A stretch of 64,000 bases of DNA from Selaginella moellendorffii (Eukaryota; Plantae; Lycopodiophyta): the NCBI RefSeq assembly GCF_000143415.4, contig NW_003314303.1:1115322-1179321 (forward strand), read 5' to 3'. The first letter of the stretch is position 1. Each line of letters begins with the position of its first letter. A model generated the notes under the pieces. The model made no database searches. It worked only from the letters and a program-made list of their open reading frames with translations, and was not told the DNA's origin. Position numbers and translations under genes: made by a program. Shown one piece after another: positions 12,561 through 24,804 of this stretch.

Positions 12561-13261
12561 CATGGTGTTTCTTAGGTCTTTTGGAGTGTGAGTAAGAGCC
12601 TCACGAGCTACAAAGTGGTTAGGAAAGTTTAAAAATTATAAATATGTTTAAAAATTATAAATAAAAATTACTCTAAATAGATAATAATTTGCTACATGTT
12701 GCATGTAGCAATGCTTAATATTAATATTATTCCTACTTATTAATCCAAATGATCAAATAAAAGTTTATAATTTATAAACACAATTAATTATATTGCATAT
12801 CAACCATTAAATGGTAGAATAAAAAAGAAGATACTAGAAAGTGTTTAAGTATGTTTATATATTATAAACGTGTTTATAAATTATAAATAAAAAATTAATC
12901 TAAATGAATAACAACCATTAAATGGTAAAATATCCTAAAATATTCAAATATATTCCAGATATATTCACTACCATACAAGTTTGCTTAAGCAAACCAAAAA
13001 CCATTAAATGGTAAAATATCTTAGAATATCTAGATATATTACGACCATCTTATAGATTTGGTTAAACAAACCAAAAAATGCTAAAACATAATTTTTAAAA
13101 TAATCATGCTCTTTTGGTATATTCTTATCACTGTTCGAGGAATAGATCAGATTGAATTTGAAGAAAAAAAGTTTTAGGGGAAGAGGCAAATCCTGGGTTT
13201 AGGCAAGAAAGGTCAAGTACTAAGGTTAGGGGTGGCTAATCACAGTGGGAGGGCGAGATTA

Positions 13262-13920
13262 AAACCAAGGTGGTGCCGAGTGCTTTGCTCTCCACACTCG
13301 CCTACGACGACCAAGACAAACGCAATGAGTTGCTGGCATGGTGATCACCACATACGGAGTGAATGAGGTCTTTGATCCCGACCGTGCAGATTGGATCCTG
13401 GAAAGGCAGTACCTTCTGGGCAATGTGGAGTGGCATAGGGTGGTAGGCACAATCCATCTGGAATGCCTACACACAAGTCTCACTCTCTTGGAGGCATCTC
13501 TCAGGGTCTTTCAGGAACGCCATTCCAGAACAACATCAAAGATTTTTCTGCTTTCTTCGGGTTCTTCGAAAGGAGTACCAGGATAGGATCAGCAAGTACA
13601 GGAGTAAAGGGACGTTGCACATAAATGGGTTTAGCATCTTGAGCATGTTGCTGCGGTTGAGGCAGATGTGCGACCATCCAGCTTGAACATCTATTTCAAG
13701 TTGACGAAGAGGATGATCTGATCACGGAGGATGGAACTGATGAGAGAGGCCGTCAGGAAGCTCCAGCTCGAGGCCCGGGAGAAGAAAGAGGAGCTTGATC
13801 GCAGCGGGCAAAGCTGCCGCGTTAAGGGTACTAGACATGATCCCTCGGGGATCATCTGGACGTCATTCGACCTGATCTAGCCGGAGCTGGAGGGAGCCGG
13901 GATCCAGTTCTCCAGAAACT
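13262..13920 (+). pseudogene. SNF2-family (RAD5/16-like) helicase fragments
   Basis: VITTYG...LLGNVEWHRVV, ILSMLLRLRQMCDHP (~13636-13680), WTSFDLI*PELEGAGIQFSR; large internal deletions. Confidence 0.75.
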
Positions 13921-14049
13921 TAATATCCCAAGAGATTTCTGGAAATAAGGAAACAGTGGACATGGAATGGAAGCGATGGAACGCATCACCATGGAGAGGA
14001 ATCTTGCGCCCAGATCTTCTCCAAGCCGAGAGCACGATGTCAAATCCAA

Positions 14050-14560
14050 ATGAGCATTGAAGCACTCTCATGAGACGCAACTCCAAGCTGAAAATACCCG
14101 ACTTCCTCGCATGTTCTCTTATTCTCTCTTGACTTCCTGTAATCATGCACACAACCATGGCTGTCGAGACGAAAGCTGTTCTGTGCTCAGAAGTATAAAG
14201 TCCTGGTCACTTGTGGAGCTTGCAAGCCGTGAGCGAGATCACGTCGGGATATAAAAGCATAACCCAACTTGCCAGTTCACGCTAGAGGTCGATCACACAT
14301 GAGCCGTGACTCCACGCCAGTCGTGGCTAGGAAGAACTGGATCCCATCATGGAGAGTCCCTCTGTGGGCATATGCTACAAGCATTGGGTTCCAGAGGATT
14401 GAATCGCAGGTGTTGCAATTGTCTTGAAGATAGATTCTAGGCACCATTTCTGGATGATCGAGCGCAGGCTTCCAATCCACCCCCTTCGAGATCCATGCTC
14501 GCATGGATGCCATGATGATTGTGTTCCAGGATGCCACTTATGGCCGCCCTGGTAAAGTAC
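14050..14560 (-). pseudogene. PPR pseudogene fragment
   Basis: ASWNTIIMA...ILWNPMLVAYAHRGTLHDGIQFF PPR motifs with frameshifts. Confidence 0.65.
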
Positions 14561-14945
14561 GAAAGTAAAACTCTGCTGCCGGCGGTATGAGGACAGGGTG
14601 GGTGCGGACATCTTGATACTGCACAGCGCCCACAAGCCCGTAATTGCCATGCAATCGCGGCTTGATCGTTTGTAGCTAGTATTCGTGGCGCAAATGGAAG
14701 TGAATATTTAAAAAAGACTCTTCGTTCCACAGAATGCTACTGGATCGATCTTCTGATGTTCAGCCACAGAAGAAGAAAACAAATAAAACATGTCATCTGG
14801 ATTGCATTACTTCAAACGCTTCCCTTATCAGTTTACCTCCGCGGAGCTGTAAGGGAAGATTTTTATATAGCAATTTTTCCTCAGTGGCAGCCACTCTGGA
14901 AGTTTTTCCAGAAGGCTTAGATTCGTCCTTCGGATATGAGTAAAA

Positions 14946-15294
14946 GATCGCCCATTATGTGTGCAACGCATAGAAAGAAAAATATAAAGAGTACCTTGAT
15001 GCCAGTGCTGATCCACGTACTTGTGACTCCGTTATCACTATTCACGAGCTCCGGCAATTTAATGCTTGCTAGTGTTTAATGCGCTCAGGGTCAGATCACT
15101 CGAATTTCTTGTGTGAAGGTCTCATGCATGAGATTTAGGAAAACCAGAGTATATACTTTTTCTGAAACTTTAGACAGCTTGAGGACACTGTGGAAGCAGT
15201 GTTCCCAAAACTCCTAGCCAGTGTCAGTCACGGCCTTCTTCCACACCAGCCTCCACTCCAGATGGTCTTGAGGTCTGATCCAGGAAAGCGCTCT
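14946..15294 (-). pseudogene. Collapsed inverted copy of the UFSP2 last exon and 3' flank
   Basis: Reverse complement aligns collinearly to 55996-56427 (e.g. GACCTCAAGACCATC, GGAGTCACAAGTACGTGGATCAGCACTGGC) with several short deletions. Confidence 0.9.
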
Positions 15295-17450
15295 TGTCAA
15301 CAAAGGAAAGCGCTTTCCATGCCAAGTATTATATATGCATCCCCTGTGTTTATATTCCTTAGTTGATCATATTCTATGCTTGAAGTGTACCAATCATAAT
15401 TGGAGTGCCTTGAGTGCCAAAATGTGCTGCAAGCTCGCATTTTCCAAATAAAACAGACGTTTAGTATCTTTGAATCAGATTAACAAGTCAAAAGAGATTA
15501 AGAAACTATACATATATATATATATATACCCCTATGAGTAGAAGAGTAATTTTACAGCCTAAACCACAACATTACAGTCCTACAAAGATCAAAAGAAGTT
15601 ATGGAAGTTGCAAGTTATTAATTAGTTATAAAAGCCCACTAAGCTCAAAATTTAATATTATAAAATGCACAGTATCAAGAATAATTAGGTAGTGTTGATC
15701 AAGAATTTTATGTTACAGTAATGCCCTTAGAATCTCTTACATAAGCATACCATCCTTTATCACATAATTAATGATAAATTTGAACTATAAAATATTATTG
15801 TCCATTAAAGAATTTGTTAATAATATTTTTTTAGTTATACTTTACAGAATGGTAAAATATTTAGTAAATTCTTGGCATCTCATTCTAAGAAAGTGTTTTA
15901 ATGTTCATAAAAAGACTTGTTAAGACACTTTTTCAGATAAAAATTTATTATAGCTTACCATTCAATATACCCATATAAAGCATAATTAAAAAATAGTTTA
16001 ACAAATACTTTCATGAATAATAATATCCTACAAGTTGAATTGAGTTTGAACTATATAACAAAAGATAAAAGATAATATACTTCTCCTAAATACCTATAAA
16101 GCATAAAAAGATAAATAAAAATAATGAAATCACATTTTTTTTACATTTGCAATTATGAACTTAAAGGGATTTAAAGAATTGAAGTACTACAATGTAGCTA
16201 AAGTGTATCATATCTTGAAATACTAACATTCATAAAGTTATTTTTTCATAAAATGCTAACATACATTAAATTTTGGTTCCCATATACTACAAATTATCTC
16301 CATAAGATTACCATTGCATCAACAAATTCAAAAATAAAAAGGAATAAATAGCACTAAGTATGGTTAAAAGAAGGAAATAATGCCAAAGATGATTATGAAG
16401 AACTTTATTTTTCATTTAAAATTTATGTGAATATAAAAATTACAACAAAAAATTTTGCAATTAAATTAGATTTATTGCTAGAAGTTTAAGTAGTTGAAAA
16501 TTACAACTTGTGAGTATATGGAAGGTTCAAACTCAAATTAATAATAAATACCAAAATTTCATTTGTAAGGTTTATAAATACATATATTACACTGGCTAGG
16601 TAATACACTAATTATAGTAATAGAGCATATGGATTGTCTATTTATGATTGAATTTGATCTATCCATTCTTATATATAAGTAGAAGGTTAAACCTTAATTG
16701 ATATACATATTCTTATATCTCGAACACTCACATTGGTGGAGATGAAGAATATTGCAATTTGTCCCTGAAGAATAAAGTTTTTTAATAATGCTTTGCTTTA
16801 GTCTTTGGGATTGTGTTTCTTGTTTTTATTTCTTCATTCTTTTTTAGATTTAGATTTGTATTAGTTTTTTCTGCAAGATCTAGAACTCTATCTATCACTA
16901 TGTTTAGATTTACTCTTTCTTCTGATCTTTATTGCATTCTTTTCTTCTACCACATCACGCCATCAGCAATCAAAAAATATGTCATTTGAAGCTACTAATG
17001 CTACTTCATTGGATCAAACTTTTAGTGCTATGGGGTGTGCTCATGTTGGTGCTACACCCATTTTTGGTGTGTTGCTATCTTTAACTTCTATAGGACGTGA
17101 TTACACAACTTATTCTCTTCTCAATGTTTTGCTATCTTCTATTGATGTGGAATATGATCATAATATCAATTGGTGAGCTATGGATGGTGTAGTTCATTTC
17201 TTGGAGAATGTTCAAGGATCAAGTTTACAAAAAAAGCAATGTGTACGACCTTGAGTGGATTCTGGACTATGATGACCAAACTTGATTATTATGGAAATAG
17301 CTTTGGAAATGAAGTGGAGATTTCGCAAAGTAAGTATCAATCCTTCAATCTATCATTTGATCCTTTCTTTTTATTTTCTATTATTTCTTACCTTTTTATT
17401 ATTTCTCAATCTGAGCCACCTTCTCATGTTCTTAGTATTTCTTCTTCATT

Positions 17451-18041
17451 TGCAAACCAAAGAGAACAAAGTGAGAGACGATCCATGGGGTTCAAATATA
17501 AAGAGAAAAAGCTCATGAATAAGAATGCACCCCCTTTTCCAATCCATTAAAAGTCTTCGGATATTTAGGATTAAGTGTCCTTAGGTTTAAATAATATTGG
17601 GCTAGGTGACCTCCTGGGAAGTCCAAACTCAAGAGCTTATATTTGGTATCAGAGTGGGTCTCGAGTCTGACTCTGTTGGTTGGCTAAAGGAATCACACCA
17701 CATATTGATTGACATTTGGCTGGTCCAGTTTACTCTCGCTAGGCTCGACTCGAAGGGTAGGGTGTCAAGAGAGCGGGGCTCTAGAGAGAGTTGCAGTTCT
17801 TAGCTTCCGTTCACGAAGGTGTGAACTTATAGGGATGTTTGGTAGATTGTAAGTAACCAAAGGGAACAACTCGAGAGACGATCCATGGGATTCAAATATA
17901 AAAGAAAAGGGCCTATGAACAAGAGTGCACCTCCTTTTCCAATCGGTTAAAAGTATTAGGATATTTAAGGTAAAGCATCCTTGGGTTTGAATAATATTGA
18001 GCTGGGTGACCTCCCGGGAAGTCCAAACTCAGGAGTTTATA
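17451..18041 (+). mobile_element. Cassandra-like TRIM with 5S rRNA-derived segments in both LTRs
   Basis: LTRs ~17451-17641 and 17848-18041 (400-bp offset); PBS TGGTATCAGAG at 17644-17654; ~200-bp non-coding core; 55-nt ungapped similarity to plant 5S rRNA at 17570-17624 and 17970-18024. Confidence 0.85.
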
Positions 18042-18256
18042 ATTTGTTATAATGGCTCTCAAAGTCCTTTGTTTTAATTCAAAGTTATGGTTGTGTGGTT
18101 AATTTGAGCATTTGGGAGTAGCATATGGAGTTGCAATTAATTCATTGGGATTCCATAATCAGCTAATGCTTATACCATGGCTTTTGGGGTTTTATTTCAT
18201 AGTTATCAACAACTTTGTTAATGGTTTTTAGAAATTTCAAATTCTTATGGTAATTT

Positions 18257-19403
18257 TGTAAGGAACCGACTCCCCGAGGTGTCGTAGGCTAAAGGATCCC
18301 TGAAAGCATGACCGAAATGACAAAGAGTTCATCGGATGGGACCAAGTCGAAGATCAAGTCCAAGACCGACTCTGAGACCGAGTCCGAGATAGAGTCCGAG
18401 ATCGAGTCTGAGACCGAATCGGAGACCGAGTTCGAGACCGAGTTCGAGACCAAGTCCGAGATCCAAATCGGGTCCAAGACCGAGTCCGAGGTAGAGTCTG
18501 AAGTCGAGTCCGAGATTGGGTCCGAGATCGAGTCCGAAATCGAGTCCGAGACCGAGTCCGAAGTCGGGTCCGAGATCGATTCTGAGACTAAGTCCAAATA
18601 CTAATACAGCTCAAGGGGTGAAAGCCCAAAGCGTGCGTCTCCCAGGGGGGGGGGGGCGGGGGGGGGGGCTTCAAAAGGTTCCCAAAGTATAGTAGGGATA
18701 GTGAGATCCAGGAACCAAGCTTGAAGGAACTCTCCAGTGGTGCTTCCAAACTGACTTGGGGTTGAGACTGGGGCCGAGAGGCCTTGGGTGGGAGTGAGCA
18801 TGGGCTTGGGTGGTGCCGGAGGGGCCACCCAGGGAAGTGCTCAAGAGCAACTCCCACTCTCGAAAGGGAAACCGACTGCGGTGCTCCCGGCTCATGTGGA
18901 GTGGTGCCCCACTTGAGTACCTTGTGGCTCATTGGTCCTTGCCCTTTCTAGGGGCTTGGGCCTTCCCTTCGGGATGGAAGTGGGGGGGTAGAGGTACCCA
19001 TACCAGGCTGTTAGGCCACGGTGTTTCGCCCCGACGTCCCGAAGCAAGTGCTACACCCAAGGTTTGGGATTTAGAGGGTCCCATGATCAAGTCTTGTTGT
19101 ACCAAGGGGTGTTAGGAACCTAGAGGCTTGGTGTGTTTGGCTGCTTATGCCTGTAGGGAGTGTAGCCGAACCTTAAGTCCAGTCTAACCCGGGGAGGGGG
19201 ATTGGGAGAGATTTGGGAATCCGTAGGTGGATGGCTAACACTCCGTTGCTCGTGGAGTGAGTAGTTGAAACCAAATAGAACCAAGTAGGAGCTGGTACCA
19301 TAGGCAAGAACCTTGGCGAGGGAACTTAGCACAAGCCAAGGCAGTGTTGATTGGATAGACGAGGTAAGCTGGCAAATTGAAAAGGAAAAATTTATAGCTT
19401 GCA
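18257..19403 (+). repeat. 5' LTR with 12-bp tandem array (GAGTCCGAGATC-like) and poly-G
   Basis: TG...CA ends; matches 23372-24666; array at ~18340-18600. Confidence 0.93.
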
Positions 19404-19462
19404 ATTTGGTATCGGAGCCTTTTCCTCAGTTCTAGCAAAGGATAGAGGCGGATTGCTGGGAG

Positions 19463-22400
19463 ATGGCAAAGGCAGGGCGTAAGCGAACTCAGGCGAAGAT
19501 GGAACCTCCGCCAGAGTTGGAGCCTCCAGTCAAACAAGAGGCTATAGATGAGGAATCCTTGCATGAGGAGGACTCTAGTGAGGAAACTTCCAAACAGGAG
19601 TCTAGTGGCGAGGTTCGGTCGTCCAAGGCTTGATTGGACGTTCTAGAAGGACAATTGGCACAGACCAATGCCCTGCTAGAGACTCTCGTACGCAAGCTAA
19701 AGCGTGACGAGAAGCGAAAGAAAAAGTGAAAGACTGCGGATGCTGTCAGCGCAGAGGGTGCGGACCCTTCGGTAGGGACTGAGGCAAAACCAGACAAGGT
19801 CAAACAGACCAAAGTTGAATCAGTCCCTCATGCAGTTCCCAAGTACAAACCAAAGCCCCCACCGGTCTTCAAGGGAGTGAACGACTATAAGGTGGTGGAG
19901 GATTGGTTTTACGATATGGAGGACTACTTCTGAGCGTTGCGATTACCGAGCTCGGAGAAGGTCCCATGTGCAAAACCATACTTGGCAGATAATGCCAAGT
20001 CTTGGTGGAGAACGACAGAGGCCAACGAAAGACTGGTGGCCACTTGGGACATGATGAAGGCGAGGATCTGCACAACTTACGTTCCTCCGAATGCTACTCT
20101 GCATCTAAGGGATGAGCTGAGTAGGCTGAAGCAGACTGGAACCATTCAGGACTATGTGAATGGGTTTATGGCAAAGAGGATACTTGTCACGGATATGGGG
20201 GATATGGATGCGTTCCATGCCTTCATATCAGGTTTGCAAACCTGAGCTTGCGGTAAAGTGATGCGGTGGAACCCGACCAACTACAAGGAAGCGTTGGATG
20301 TAGCCATCAAGGTGCATTTCAACGATAACCTGTGAAAGGGGAACACGATAGGGTCGGGATCCACGTTTAGCAAAGGGGCCAAACCAAGGGGAATGTTTAG
20401 CAGAGGGAAATTCAAGAAGAGTTTCTCTAAGAATGAGTCCTTGGGGTTCCGGAAAGGCAAATCTGGTGGCCAGCGAGTGAGTACGTGGGGGAGTCAAGCA
20501 AAAAGAGACAAACACATGAATAAGAAGGTCAAGCCATATAACAGCGTGGGAAACAACGTATGTTACAACTGCGGTGAATCGGGACACTTTTCGAAGGAAT
20601 GTCCCTACCCAAAGAAGGCCAGAGCCAATATGGCCATCAAATCGGGTGAAGTCTAAACTAAGGTATGTGATCCAGTCCCTAACTCAAAGTTACTCATTAC
20701 ACGAGCAACTTTGGTAGAGAGTCGTTCGCGACATCTACTAGCCCTCCGAGGGAAGCTTGGAGGTAGCTTTCTTAAGATCCTTATTGACACGGGTGCTTCA
20801 GATAATTTTGTGGCTGTAGACATAGTCCGGCAAGCCGGACTAATGGTGTAGCAACTAGGCGAACCAAGAACTATAGAGTTTGTTCAAGGTAGCCAAAGCA
20901 CCGATGAGGTACTTCGACAAGCGAGAGTCGAAGTAGGGACATGGAAAGTGGACATGGATTTCACCGTGTTTGACATGGCGGGATTTGACGTGATCTTCGG
21001 AATGGACTGGTTCAATCGGTTTGTGGTAGCCCTGCATGGACAAGGTAGAAACCTTGTGGTACTAGCGAGTGTCCAAGGAAGAAGATCTAGGGTGGAGGCC
21101 CAGGATTTAAAGGTAGGGCAAAGCAAGGCCAAAGAATCCTACTTAAACCTGGTGTCCACCAGAGGACAACTCACTAAAGGAACTAAGGCAGCATTTTTGT
21201 GCTTACTCTCGGTGAAGAGTGACAAAAAGACAGGAACAGAAGAAGTACCTTTAGTGATCTAACGGGTGTTGGACCAATTCTAGGATACCATGCCGGAGGA
21301 GTTACCGGTGGGGTTGCCTCCCGCACGACCTATAGAACATAAGATTGAGCTGGTCGAGGGTACTGAGGCGGTGGTTCATCCCCCCTATTGTTTGAACGAG
21401 AAAGAATTCGAGGAGCTCAAGCGCCAACTAGAGGAGTTGGTGGACAAAGGGTATGTTAGGTTGAGCAAGTTGCCATATGGGGCGCCGGTGTTATTTGTGA
21501 AAAAGAAAGATAGATCTATGCATATGTGCATAGACTACCGGTTGCTCAACAAGTATACAAAGAAGAACAAGTACCCTTTGCCCAGGATTGAGGACCTGTT
21601 CGATAGGTTGGGAAAGGCAAAATACTTCTCGAGGATTGACCTGAGGTCAGGATACTACCAGATCAGGGTAGCAGAGGAAGATGTCGAAAAGACAACCTGT
21701 CGAACTAGGTATGGGAGCTTTGAGTTTCTGGTGATGCCCTTTGGGCTATGCAATGCGTCGGCAACTTTTTTGGCGTTGATGAACCATATCTTTGTACCCT
21801 ATCTGGATCACTTCGTGGTCGTCTATATCAACGACATCCTGATCTATAGCGAGACGCTAGAGGAGCATGCCGAACACTTGGCGAAGGTGTTTGAGAAACT
21901 AAGGGAACACAAACTGTATGCTAAACAGAGCAAATGTGACTTTGCTCAACAAGAGGTAAAGTTTCTTGGGCATGTGGTGGGCCAGGATGGGCTCAAGGTG
22001 GACTCGGAGAAGGTCCACGCGATCCAGGAATGGGAGCGACCATCGAATGTACATGAGTTGAGGGCATTCTTGGGGCTATGCAACTACTACCGAAAGTTTA
22101 TCAGACACTATTCGAGAGTAGCTCTGCCCTTAACGGATCAAACAGGAAAAGGGAAGATGGTAGGGACAGCGGAATGCGAGGCGGCATTCGTCCACCTCAA
22201 AGGGAAGCTGAGGAAGGCTCCCGTGTTGGCATTACCAGACTTTGGTAAGGACTTTGAGGTAGAAACGGACGCTTCGGACTTTGCGTTGGGCGCAATTTTG
22301 AAGCAAGACAACCACCCAGTAGCGTTCTTCTCGAAGAAGTTGGACAAGGCTCAACAGAAGTGGCCTGCCTACGAGAAGGAATTGTTTGTGGTGGTCAAGG

Positions 22401-23317
22401 CACTCAAGGAGTGGCGACACTACCTTGGGAGACACTTCAAGGTTTACACGGACAATGTGGCAACGAAACACTTCTTGTCACAGCCCAACTGGAGAGGGAA
22501 ACAAGGTCGGTGGGCCAATGCCTTGGCTGAGTTTGATTGCGAGATTTTGTACAAGCCTAGGAAGAGCAACATTGTGGCAGATATGTTGAGTTGAAAAGCG
22601 AGCTTGAAGTTGGCGATATCCAGTGCGACAACAACCTTTTGGGACGATGTGCGGACAGCATATGAAAATGATGGTCTAGTACAAGAAGTGTTGCTGAGGA
22701 ATCTAGAGGCATAGGAAGCTCACCAGAAATGTGAGCTACCAATGGAAGAGAAAACGGGCTATGCGGAACGCAACGGTTTCATCTATTACAAGCAAACAAG
22801 GGTGTATGTTCCAAAAGGGGAACTAAGGAAGGTAGCCTTAGAAAAGTGTCATGACGGACCTCTTGCGGGACATGGTGGAGTGCCCAAGACGATGGGCTTA
22901 CTCAAGAGGAAGTACCATTGGCCAGATATGGCTAAGGATGTCCAAGACTATGTAAAGACATGTCCAACATGTCAGCAGGTCAAAGCTGTGACTAAGGCTA
23001 GTGGGGGCTTGTTGCAAAGCATCCCAATTCCCGATTGTCCATGGAAATGTCTTACGATGGACTTCATCACGGGACTCCCCCCAAGCGAGGGGTTTGATGC
23101 GATATTCGTAGTGGTGGACCAATTTTCAAAGATGGCACATTTCATACCCACCACAACGGACGTGGATGCGGAAGGTGTGGCGAAGCTGTTCTTCGAACAA
23201 GTTGTTCGAGTGCGGGGAAGGCCGGAAGAGATCATCTCAGATCGAGATAAGATCTTCACTAGTAGGCACACCGCTAAGTGGGGGGATGCCCCCGGAGACA
23301 TGGTCAACAAGTCGTAG
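19463..23317 (+). pseudogene. gag-pol of the Ty3/gypsy element (many stops; YINDIL in place of YLDD)
   Basis: ORFs 19937..20245, 20393..20656, 20948..21262, 21290..22594, 22742..23317. Confidence 0.9.
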
Positions 23318-23371
23318 GATAAAAAGAGACGTTCGATATGGGCATCGAACTTCTTCTATGGGTGGTGGAGT

Positions 23372-24666
23372 TGTAAGGAACCGACTCCCCAAGGTGTCGT
23401 AGGCTAAAGGATCCCCGAAAGCATGACCGAAATGACAAAGAGTTCATCGGATGGGACTAAGTCGAAGATTGAGTCCAAGACCGACTCTAAGATCAAGTCC
23501 GAGATAGAGTCTGGGATCAAGTTCGAGACCGAGTTCAAGACGGAGTCCGAGATCCAAATCGGCTCCGAAGTCGAGTCCGAGATCGGGTCCAAGATCGAGT
23601 CCGAAATCAAGTCCGAGTCCGAAATCGAGTCCGAGACCGAGTTCGAGACCGAGTCTGAAGTCAGGTCCGAGATCGATTCTGAGACTAAGTCCAAATACTA
23701 ATACAGATCAGCCCAAAGTGTGCGTCTCCTGGGGGGGGGGGGGGGGGGGGGCCTTCCAGGTCGGGTCCAGATCGGGTCTGAGATCGGGTCCGAGATCGAG
23801 TCCGAGACCGAATCCGAAGTCGGATCCAAAATCGGGTCCGAGATCGAGCCATAGACTAAGTCCAAATACTAATACGGGTCAAGGGGTGAAAGCCCAAAGC
23901 GTGCGTCTCCCAGGGGGGGGGGGGGCAGGGGCTGCAGGGGGTTCCAAAAGTATAGTAGGGATAGTGAGATCCAGGAACTAGTCTTGAAGGAACTCTCCAG
24001 TGGTGCTTCCAAATTGACTTGAGGTTGAGATTGGGGTCGAGAGGCCTTGGGTGGGAGTGAGCATGGGCTTGGGTGGTGCCGGAGGGGCCACCCAGGGAAG
24101 TGCTCAAGAGCAACTCCCACTCTCGAAAGGGAAACCGACTGCGGTGCTCCCGACTCATGTGGAGTGGTGCCCCACTTGAGTACCTTGTGGCTCATTGGTC
24201 CTCGCCCTTCCTAGGGGCTTGGGCCTTCCCTTTGGGATGGAAGTCGGGGGGTAGAGGTACCCATACCGGGGCGTTAGGCCACGGTGTTTTGCCCCGACGT
24301 CCCGAAGCAAGTGCTACACCCAAGGCTTGGGATTTAGAGGGTCCCATGATCAAGTCTTGTTGTACCAAGGGGTGTTAAAAACCTGGAGGCTTGATGTGCT
24401 TGGCTGCTTGTGCTTGCGGGGAGTGTAGCCGAACCTTAAGTCCAGTCTAACCCGGGAAGGGGGATTGAGAGAGATTTGGGAATCCATAGATGGATGGCTA
24501 ATACTTCGTTGCTCGTGTAGTGAGTAGTTGAAACCAAGTAGAACTAAGTAGAAGTTAGTACCATAGGCGAGAACCCTTGCGAGGGAACTTAGCACAAGCC
24601 AAGGCAGTGTTGGTCGGATAAACGAGGTAAGCTGGCAAATTGAAAAGGAAAAATTTGTGGATTACA
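23372..24666 (+). repeat. 3' LTR, longer than the 5' LTR because of a partial internal duplication
   Basis: Extra block of 12-mers plus a second poly-G at ~23700-23870. Confidence 0.93.
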
Positions 24667-24764
24667 AATTTATAATCACCCAGTAGAAGTTTTAAATGTT
24701 CCATATGATTTATTATTATCATCTTTTCATTTTCCGAAGAGGAGGATGGTGTAAAGTTTGTAAA

Positions 24765-24804
<40 letters not shown>

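Larger units (their letters stand above)
18257..24666 (+). mobile_element. Ty3/gypsy LTR retrotransposon with both LTRs; integrase C-terminus deleted; decayed
   Basis: LTRs 18257-19403 and 23372-24666; TSD AATTT (18252-18256, 24667-24671); PBS TGGTATCGGAGCC at 19407-19419; PPT GGGTGGTGGAG; gag (CYNCGESGHFSKEC), PR (LIDTGAS), RT/RH ORF 21290..22594, INT ORF 22742..23317. Confidence 0.96.

Noticed and set aside
17570-17624. Functional 5S rRNA gene (also 17970-18024)
   Set aside because: Only a 55-nt internal segment with many substitutions, embedded in LTRs.
18289-18604. Ser/Glu-rich and Ser/Asp-rich ORFs (also 23404-23701) and other ORFs within the LTRs
   Set aside because: By-products of the stop-free 12-bp LTR minisatellite; open on both strands.
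24770-24802. (TA)n microsatellite (also ~15512-15528) and GAACTTTATAAG-like repeats at ~11050-11105
   Set aside because: Ordinary simple repeats.
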